The notes under the pieces: generated by a model
What the model was told of the DNA's origin: nothing
Seen by the model: only the letters and a program-made list of their open reading frames with translations
Databases searched by the model: none
Part shown: piece after piece, positions 37,182-43,358 of the stretch
Layout: every line of letters begins with the position of its first letter
Numbering within the stretch: position 1 is the first letter of the stretch
Assembly (NCBI GenBank): GCA_027028625.1
Contig: JALVIH010000003.1
Span: 1-43,358, forward strand
Length of the DNA stretch: 43,358 nt
Direction: 5' to 3'
Source: a bacterium
Lineage (GTDB): Bacteria > Patescibacteriota > Microgenomatia > JAADGY01
Translations under genes and position numbers: made by a program

Positions 37182-38314
37182 TTTTGGTGATAGCCAGTTA
37201 ACTTTTGGTGAGAACAAGCCAAAGTGTTGGTAGCTAAAGCGGCCATTAGAGAAAGCTCCCCACCAGCTATGGCGGTGGTTAATACCTCTGCCAAGATGGC
37301 TGAGCGTCGGCCCCGATAGCTTTTCTTGGCTCCGGCCAGGACTAACTCGATCGCCTCCTTTTGAGTTGGTAGTTGGGTTCCTCCACCAACGCTGCCAATG
37401 TTGAGGCTAGGAAGAAAAAGGGAGAGGTAGAGGTCTTTATTTCTTTTTTCCATAACCAAGATAGCCTGACTATTATCAGCAATATGGGCCAGATCCTGGC
37501 CGGTAGCTAGGTAGAAAGCAGCCAAGACATTAGCAATATGGGCATTAAAACTTACTCCACCAACTAAAGCTGTTCCATACCAAATTTTTTGTTGGTAAGT
37601 AGCCAAAAGATCATCAAGGTTGGTTTTTAAGACGGTATGAATTATTGAGGAAGGAATAATAGCTTCCAACCATACTTGAAATCCGCGGCCAAAAAAGAGA
37701 TTGACGAAAGAAAACTTTTTATCCGGGCAAAAATTGGCCGAGATAGTGGTTAACTTTAAACCTAGTTCTGTCTCGATGATGTCAGCTAAGGCGGTGGTGG
37801 CATAAGTGGTCATATTCATTCCCATCGCCTCGTCGGTATCAAAACGAAAGCGGACAAAAAGGTAACGGCCAAGAACTTGAGTTTGAATCTTTAGAAGATG
37901 GGTATGTTGGCTTAACCTTTTCAGGCGGCGGACAAACTTAGGTTGGAGCTCAGTTTTTATCTTCTCAGCAGCCCTAAAAGCAGACTTTAAGTCAGGGGCA
38001 ACGAAAACAGGCCCTCGGGTCATCCCCACATATTGGCTGACGATTTGGAGGCTTTTAGCTTGCCTTAGGGCTTTTAATCCTCGGTTAACGCTAGCCACCA
38101 AGGCCCCCTCAGTAGTAGCTAAGGGGACGATAAATTTTCCTTTCCCCTTAATTTCTATAGGCCCAGCTAGGCCAAGGGGAACTTGGGTAGCCCCAACCAT
38201 ATTCTCGATATTTTTACCTTGCCATTCTGGACCAAGAATAGTCTGAGAAATTTCTTTAGGTTGGAAGGGCAAAGGGGGAAGGTGATGATTTTTCTTTTTT
38301 AAAACCATAGGCAA
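37178..38314 (-). CDS. hmgA: HMG-CoA reductase, class I (NADPH)
   Basis: ENMVG..QVPLG, PLATTEGALVAS, DEAMGMNM, NFCPDKK, TGQDLAH, VGGGT, GELS. Confidence 0.94.
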   Translation of the reverse strand: MPMVLKKKNHHLPPLPFQPKEISQTILGPEWQGKNIENMVGATQVPLGLAGPIEIKGKGKFIVPLATTEGALVASVNRGLKALRQAKSLQIVSQYVGMTRGPVFVAPDLKSAFRAAEKIKTELQPKFVRRLKRLSQHTHLLKIQTQVLGRYLFVRFRFDTDEAMGMNMTTYATTALADIIETELGLKLTTISANFCPDKKFSFVNLFFGRGFQVWLEAIIPSSIIHTVLKTNLDDLLATYQQKIWYGTALVGGVSFNAHIANVLAAFYLATGQDLAHIADNSQAILVMEKRNKDLYLSLFLPSLNIGSVGGGTQLPTQKEAIELVLAGAKKSYRGRRSAILAEVLTTAIAGGELSLMAALATNTLACSHQKLTGYHQK

Positions 38315-38904
38315 AGAAACTGTTTAAATGAATAAAACCAAGAGAAAGTAAGAAAAAGGATTAGCCAACTTAAAAGTGGTCTTTGGTTGTTAATGATTCT
38401 CAGCCAGAGATAAAAAATGAGGGTTTGAAGAAGAAAAAGAAAGATGGTGAAACTTAAAAAAGAGAAGTCTGTTAGGGCTAGATTAATCCCTCGAAGGCGC
38501 ACCCAGACTGAACGGAGCAGCAACCACAAGGCAGGTAATGGGAGAAAATAGATTAAACTAAAAATTTGTTTCCATTCCCTAGGATAAAGAAGGGCAATAA
38601 GGCTTACTCCAGCTGTTAGGAGGAGAATTATCCAGGCCAGCTCTTGCCAGATTAGTAGCCGCCGCCACAAACCAATTGGTTGAGGATGGATGATTAGTTC
38701 GGCTAACCAAAGAAGAAGGAGAGTAAATCCTATAATTAATCCACCCCCAACCAAGGTTGTTCTTTGTAAAAGGCGGTTAATAGTTAAAAAAGGATGGAGC
38801 CAGAAGCCGGCCAGGACTGAGGTAACTTTTAGGCTGTTTGCCTCAATTTTTTGGAGAAGAGTGTTCCCATCCAGAACCAGTCTTTTTTTAATTGTTAGTG
38901 GCAT
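38299..38904 (-). CDS. Multi-pass membrane hypothetical protein in the upper mevalonate operon
   Basis: About five hydrophobic segments; overlaps the HMGR start. Confidence 0.7.
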   Translation of the reverse strand: MPLTIKKRLVLDGNTLLQKIEANSLKVTSVLAGFWLHPFLTINRLLQRTTLVGGGLIIGFTLLLLWLAELIIHPQPIGLWRRLLIWQELAWIILLLTAGVSLIALLYPREWKQIFSLIYFLPLPALWLLLRSVWVRLRGINLALTDFSFLSFTIFLFLLQTLIFYLWLRIINNQRPLLSWLILFLTFSWFYSFKQFLCLWF

Positions 38905-39068
38905 AACGGTTGGCGGAAATAAGCCTGCCAGTTAAGTTGGAGGAATTGGTTAAGAACTAGGAAAATAAAACTTAAGATAAAGGAAATGAGGAGGAGTTTT
39001 AATCCGCCATTAAGGCCGGCCACCTCAGTTAACCACCAGCTTTCTAGTGTTTTGTCTAGTTTGTCCAT
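38895..39068 (-). CDS. Small single-TM protein (57 aa), first gene of the upper mevalonate operon; not in the ORF track
   Basis: MDKLDKTLESWWLTEVAGLNGGLKLLLISFILSFIFLVLNQFLQLNWQAYFRQPLCH*; TATATT 5 nt upstream; overlaps the next ORF by 10 nt. Confidence 0.6.
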   Translation of the reverse strand: MDKLDKTLESWWLTEVAGLNGGLKLLLISFILSFIFLVLNQFLQLNWQAYFRQPLCH

Positions 39069-39118
39069 CCATAAATATAGTCCGGTTGAGAACCCAAAAT
39101 CATTCGCTGTTTGGGACC

Positions 39119-39570
39119 GGAACTCAGTTTATCTGGAACTAAGAACTCAGCAGAAATTCCAATTATCAAATTCCAAGTATCCAAACAAACTCCAAATCCC
39201 AATAACCAATGATCAAGCCATTGTTTTTCGAGTCATTCTGAGCCCCGCGAAGAATCTAGCCGAAGGCGCATGGAATGGGGCTAGGAACTAGGTTGGAAAA
39301 CAATTAATAACTGTAGTGAGAGTTTAGAAGAAACCTGAGTGCCAGCGACTTTGCGCTCGCTCCGCTCGCTAGATCCTTCGTCGCCATGGCTCCTCAGGAT
39401 GACTCCTCGGGCGGTTCTTTACTTTACGAACTTTATGAACTTTATGGACTTTCTAACTTTACAAACTAAGTTCTGAGTTCTAGGTTCATCACACTCCCGA
39501 AGAGTGATAAAACACACTTCGGGAGAGTGATTTATTCCGAGTTCTAAGTTCCAAACTCTAAGTTCTGATT
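39119..39570. repeat. Composite repeat mosaic E
   Basis: GAACTCAGTTTATCTGGAACTAAGAACT (exact reverse complement of 15293-15320), AATTATCAAATTCCAAGTATCCAAACAAA, GTCAT unit 39232-39403, 9-mer tandem ACTTTA(C/T)G(A/G) 39421-39462, CATCACACTCCCG module 39487-39534. Confidence 0.92.
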
Positions 39571-39597
39571 ACCCGATTGTAGTATACTTAACTTAGG

Positions 39598-39921
39598 ATG
39601 GAAGTAAGAAAGGTGGTAAAGTATATTACTATAGGGTTAGGCAGTTTAATTGGGATAGCTATTTTGGTTTTAACAGTAGTTAATGTTCGTCAGTATCAGC
39701 AACGGACGACATCAGCCCACCCCATTGATTGTTACCTTAATTGGTGTGAGGGGAGAGTGGTTAAAGAAGGTAAAGGTTATGTCATTGAGTTCTCCCAACC
39801 CCTTTCTAGAAGATATCCCCTTAAAGAATTTTCTTATGATATTTCCTCTCTTGAAGGAAAGGTGATTAAAGTTAAGGGGGTAGTAAAAGACAATTATTTT
39901 TATCTGACATCAGTAAAATAA
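39598..39921 (+). CDS. Membrane-anchored hypothetical protein
   Basis: N-terminal TM followed by a small beta-rich domain (LEGKVIKVKGVV). Confidence 0.7.
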   Translation: MEVRKVVKYITIGLGSLIGIAILVLTVVNVRQYQQRTTSAHPIDCYLNWCEGRVVKEGKGYVIEFSQPLSRRYPLKEFSYDISSLEGKVIKVKGVVKDNYFYLTSVK

Positions 39922-39925
39922 CTCG

Positions 39926-40354
39926 ATGAGTAGTTACCTGATTGTTTCTGATGGTGGTTCTCGTGGTAATCCAGGACCGGCTGCTTCAGCTTTTGTAGTT
40001 TTTCAAGATGGCAAACAAAATTTTATGGCCGGTTTTTATTGGGGGAGAAAGACTAATAATCAAGCTGAATATCTGGCCCTAATTATGGCTCTAGAGTGGT
40101 TAAAGAAAGAAGATCTTTCTCTTGAAGATGAGATTACTTTTCGTTCTGACTCGGAGCTGATGATAAAACAGCTAAAAGGGGAGTATAAAGTTAAATCTCC
40201 TCAAATAAGGATTCTTTTTGAAAAAAGCCGACAGCTTCTTCAGAGTCTTTCCGAAAGAGGTGTTTCTTTTAGGTTGGAACATAAACTCCGTCAACATACT
40301 CATTCGGCTGACTCTCTTTTAAATAAGATTTTGGATATGGTTTCCCAAAAATGA
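39926..40354 (+). CDS. rnhA: Ribonuclease HI family protein
   Basis: SDGGSRGNPGPA, TNNQAEY, SDSELMIKQLKGEYKVK, ADSLLN. Confidence 0.92.
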   Translation: MSSYLIVSDGGSRGNPGPAASAFVVFQDGKQNFMAGFYWGRKTNNQAEYLALIMALEWLKKEDLSLEDEITFRSDSELMIKQLKGEYKVKSPQIRILFEKSRQLLQSLSERGVSFRLEHKLRQHTHSADSLLNKILDMVSQK

Positions 40355-41076
40355 AGCCAAACTTTCCCAAACACATTGCTATTATTATGGATGGTAACCG
40401 CCGCTGGGCTAGGCGTCATGGCCTGAGTGTTTTGTCGGGACATAAACAAGCAGCGGAAAAAACTATCGAACCCATCGTTGACCGCTTGGCTAAGATTGGT
40501 ATTCCTTATGTTACTCTCTGGGCTTTTTCTACTGAAAATTGGAGGCGCGACCCCCAAGAAGTTAAGGGGTTAATTGAGATCTTCCGCCAAGGAATTAAAA
40601 ACCAAGGCGACCACTTTCTCCAGCAAGGTTATCGTTTACGGGTTATAGGGGACTATAAAGCCTTTCCACAAGATATAGTTAAGCTAATAGATTATTATCA
40701 ACAAGCCTCGGCTAAAAATAAACGGTTGACGGTTATTTTTGCTCTGAATTATGGTGGTCGAGATGAAATTCTTCGAGCCATAGGCAGGATTTATCGAGAG
40801 AATCCTCATTTTTTTACAAAGATAGAGAAGGCAGATTGGCAAGAAAGAAAAAAGTTGGCTCTTCAGTTGGCCGAGTATTTAGACACTCGAGGACTGCCCG
40901 ATCCAGATATGATTATCCGCACCGGTGGGGAAAAACGCCTTTCAGGCTACCTTCTCTGGCAGATGGAGTATGCCGAGTTGTTTTTTACCCCTACTCTCTG
41001 GCCTGATTTTGGGCCTGAAGAGCTGGATAAGCTTATTCAGGAGTTTCTCCATCGTCAGCGCCGTTTTGGTAAGTAA
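40351..41076 (+). CDS. uppS: Undecaprenyl/polyprenyl diphosphate synthase
   Basis: HIAIIMDGNRRWA, AFSTENWRR, LNYGGRDEI, IRTGGEKRLSGYLLWQ. Confidence 0.96.
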   Translation: MKPNFPKHIAIIMDGNRRWARRHGLSVLSGHKQAAEKTIEPIVDRLAKIGIPYVTLWAFSTENWRRDPQEVKGLIEIFRQGIKNQGDHFLQQGYRLRVIGDYKAFPQDIVKLIDYYQQASAKNKRLTVIFALNYGGRDEILRAIGRIYRENPHFFTKIEKADWQERKKLALQLAEYLDTRGLPDPDMIIRTGGEKRLSGYLLWQMEYAELFFTPTLWPDFGPEELDKLIQEFLHRQRRFGK

Positions 41077-41108
41077 TTTTTTATCTTATCTCTAATATAT
41101 AATGAGCT

Positions 41109-41654
41109 ATGAAGATTCTCTTTGTTGGTTTGGGAAATCCAGAGGAGAAGTATCTCTTAACTCGGCATAATGCTGGTCGCCGTTGGGTTGAGTTTTGGGG
41201 AGATAGGTTACAAGGAAAATGGCAGAAGAGAGAGAAACTTTTTAGTGTTGTTTTGGAGTCCAATGAAACTATCTTTTCTTACCCCCTTCTTTATATGAAT
41301 GAATCCGGTCGGGCAGTCAAGAAATTGTTAGATTGGTACCATCTACCCCCAACCCAATTATGTTTGGTCCACGATGAGTTGGATCTGCCTCTAGGAAGTT
41401 GGAAACTCAGTTTCGGCAAAGGCTCTCCCCTCCATAAAGGAGTTGCTTCAGTGGAGGAAAATCTTGGGGGAGGGAGTTTTTGGCGACTGCGTTTAGGTAT
41501 AGATAATCGGCCATCTAATCAGCGGATGCCGGGAATAAAATATGTTCTCCAAAAGTTTTCACCAAGAGAAGATGATATTTTCTCCAAGCTCGTTCACACT
41601 TTAGCCCCAACAGAGATTATTAAGGTGATGACCAGTAAGGCTAATAAATCCTAA
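41109..41654 (+). CDS. pth: Peptidyl-tRNA hydrolase
   Basis: VGLGNP..Y..TRHNAG, YMNESG, VHDELDLP, RLRLGI. Confidence 0.95.
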   Translation: MKILFVGLGNPEEKYLLTRHNAGRRWVEFWGDRLQGKWQKREKLFSVVLESNETIFSYPLLYMNESGRAVKKLLDWYHLPPTQLCLVHDELDLPLGSWKLSFGKGSPLHKGVASVEENLGGGSFWRLRLGIDNRPSNQRMPGIKYVLQKFSPREDDIFSKLVHTLAPTEIIKVMTSKANKS

Positions 41655-42046
41655 ATCCTAAACTCTAATATCTAAACCCCGAAAGAAATTTCATTCTTTA
41701 CGGGGCAGGCAATAATCAAAATCCTAACGATTTAAATTCAAAACACTTGGAACATTGGTTATTGGAATTTGGTACTTGGAGTTTAGTATTGTGTCATCCT
41801 GAGGAGCTGGGGCGACGAAGGATCTAGCGAAGCGCAAAGAACTTAGCTCCCAAACTTGAGTAGACAACCATGCGCCTATCGGCTAGATCCCGACAAGTCG
41901 GGATGACACAAAGGACAAAGTTTTGGATTTAGATCATTAGGATTTCGAATTTGTTTAGGACCTGCCTGCCGGCAGGCAGGTTTGGGATTTAGAATTTAGT
42001 GCTTTCTTACCGAGTTCCAAGTTCCGATTACCTAGCTCCTAGTTCC
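41643..42046. repeat. Composite repeat mosaic F
   Basis: 41656-41717 is an exact 62-bp reverse complement of 10678-10739; GTCAT unit 41793-41907; perfect palindrome CCTGCCTGCCGGCAGGCAGG 41961-41980; heptamer arrays at both ends. Confidence 0.92.
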
Positions 42047-42090
42047 AATCTCCTCTCGGCTGCTGGAGAGGAGATGAGTTATACTAAGTT

Positions 42091-42423
42091 ATGCAACAGA
42101 AGATTAGTTTTCAGGATTTTAAGCAACTGGAGTTGCGAGTGGCTCGGGTGGTGGAGGTCCGCCCTCTCGAGGGAAGTGAGAAATTGTATCTTATCACCCT
42201 TGACCTTGGTCAAGAACGCTGCCAAGTAGTAGCTGGCTTGAGACCTTATTACTCAGTTGATGAACTAGTAGGCAAAGAGGTGATTTTGGTGGCTAATTTA
42301 GAGGAGAAAGAAATTTTTGGCCACCTTTCTCAAGGAATGTTATTAGCCGCTGACGATGGCCAAGGAAAGGTTAGTTTGTTGGTTCCTGATAAACCAATTA
42401 AAGAAGGAGCCAGGATAAGGTAA
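42091..42423 (+). CDS. Stand-alone tRNA-binding OB-fold protein (MetG C-terminal/Trbp111/CsaA-like)
   Basis: [29 protein letters not shown]....G..SQGMLLAA. Confidence 0.9.
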   Translation: MQQKISFQDFKQLELRVARVVEVRPLEGSEKLYLITLDLGQERCQVVAGLRPYYSVDELVGKEVILVANLEEKEIFGHLSQGMLLAADDGQGKVSLLVPDKPIKEGARIR

Positions 42424-43358
42424 TGCGGTTCAAAAAAACAATAAAAACCAAGATTAATCCTCTTAAGTTAGTTATCTGGCTGATAATAATTCTTTTTTTA
42501 GTTCTCCCCTTAATAGCCAACCATTCACCCCAACAGTCCACCCAAACCATTAACTTAAGCCAAGCTTTAGAAAAAATTAAGGCTGGCCAGATAACAAAGG
42601 TAGAGGTTGTTGGCAATACTCTTTTACTAGAAGACAAGAGTAATCAAAAATACAAAGCCTATAAAGAAGACAATGAATCAATAATTGAGTTGCTCAAGTC
42701 TGTTAATGTCTCCCCCGATCAGGTAAATCTGAAGGTTGTCAGTACCTCGACCAGCCAATTAGTTCAAGATGCCCTTCTCAACTTTATTCTGCCCACCCTG
42801 GCGATTTTCTTTCTCTTTTATTGGATGTTGAGACAGAGTAAGGGGGTTCAGCAGTCTCTCTTTTCTTTTGGCAAATCCCGAGCGAAGATCTTTGCTAAAG
42901 GGAAACAAAATGTTACTTTTAAGGATGTGGCTGGGGTTGATGAAGCCAAAAGAGAGTTGGAAGAGGTGGTAGATTTTTTGAAGCACCCTAAGAAGTATCG
43001 GAAATTAGGAGCTCGGACGCCTAAAGGAGTCCTCTTAGTTGGTCCTCCAGGAGTAGGCAAAACCCTTTTGGCTAAGGCAGTGGCTGGAGAAGCTGGAGTG
43101 CCTTTCTTCTCGATGGCCGGAAGTGAGTTTATGGAAATGTTGGTGGGAATTGGGGCTGCTCGGGTTCGAGATTTATTTTCGACAGCCAAGAAGCATGCTC
43201 CAGCCATTATTTTCATCGACGAAATAGATGCTATCGGCCGTCAGCGAGGGTTAGGAATAACCTCAGGCCATGATGAGAGGGAACAAACCTTGAATCAGAT
43301 TTTGGTCGAGATGGATGGTTTTACTCCTAATGATAATGTAGTAGTAATCGCTGCTACT
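42423..43358 (+). CDS. ftsH: ATP-dependent zinc metalloprotease FtsH, 3'-truncated by the window (absent from the ORF track)
   Basis: ATG 42423 overlaps the upstream TAA; two TM segments; [57 protein letters not shown]. Confidence 0.96.
   Translation, partial: MRFKKTIKTKINPLKLVIWLIIILFLVLPLIANHSPQQSTQTINLSQALEKIKAGQITKVEVVGNTLLLEDKSNQKYKAYKEDNESIIELLKSVNVSPDQVNLKVVSTSTSQLVQDALLNFILPTLAIFFLFYWMLRQSKGVQQSLFSFGKSRAKIFAKGKQNVTFKDVAGVDEAKRELEEVVDFLKHPKKYRKLGARTPKGVLLVGPPGVGKTLLAKAVAGEAGVPFFSMAGSEFMEMLVGIGAARVRDLFSTAKKHAPAIIFIDEIDAIGRQRGLGITSGHDEREQTLNQILVEMDGFTPNDNVVVIAAT

Noticed and set aside
38986-39291. 101-aa plus-strand ORF (likewise 41999..42229)
   Set aside because: It runs through a repeat mosaic and antisense to the better-supported 57-aa ORF; the second overlaps the tRNA-binding gene out of frame
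1743-43216. Many short antisense or out-of-frame ORFs inside rpoD, secA, the VirB4-like gene, dnaN, dnaA, metG and ftsH
   Set aside because: Shadow frames of well-supported genes
1-43358. Alternative genetic code (TGA=Gly, as in Gracilibacteria/SR1)
   Set aside because: Conserved genes are full length under code 11, and TGA serves as the stop in ATGA overlaps (mvaD/ipk, HMGR/HMGS, SpoIID/pilin)
1-43358. tRNA/rRNA genes, prophage, or a diversity-generating retroelement
   Set aside because: I saw no cloverleaf or rRNA motifs, phage genes, reverse transcriptase, or adenine-specific template/variable repeat pair by eye; a tRNAscan or Infernal run would be needed to exclude RNAs formally

Overview
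Replication-origin region of a small-genome bacterium, most likely Patescibacteria/CPR (Microgenomates-like). That assignment is inferred from the DUF4012 protein, the VirB2-like pilins, the VirB4/TraG-like ATPase, the SpoIID coiled-coil protein and the split MetG. Genetic code 11 fits. Housekeeping genes include lysS, rpoD, hsp20, ndk, dnaG, mutM, secA, ychF, dnaN-oriC-dnaA, metG, rnhA, uppS, pth and a partial ftsH. An archaeal-type mevalonate pathway is split into two operons on either side of oriC: HMGR/HMGS/thiolase/DUF35, and fni/mvaD-like/ipk. No mevalonate kinase or phosphomevalonate kinase lies in the window. The most unusual signal is non-coding. Four large and one small intergenic tracts (about 9850-10965, 14920-15420, 31229-31324, 39119-39570, 41643-42046) are nested mosaics of the same heptamer arrays and palindromic modules. 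Their hairpin arms are interchangeable and rich in GA pairs and GNA loops, they supply the stop codons of three genes, and one carries a 253-bp IS256-derived MITE with an 8-bp target duplication. Other observations: a cobalamin-riboswitch-like RNA before an unknown gene that seems to start at ATA, a CIRCE-like operator with a 1-bp spacer, a 41-bp promoter duplicated in front of two unrelated genes, widespread leaderless promoters, and two small ORFs missing from the ORF track. All calls come from reading motifs by eye; no database searches were run.
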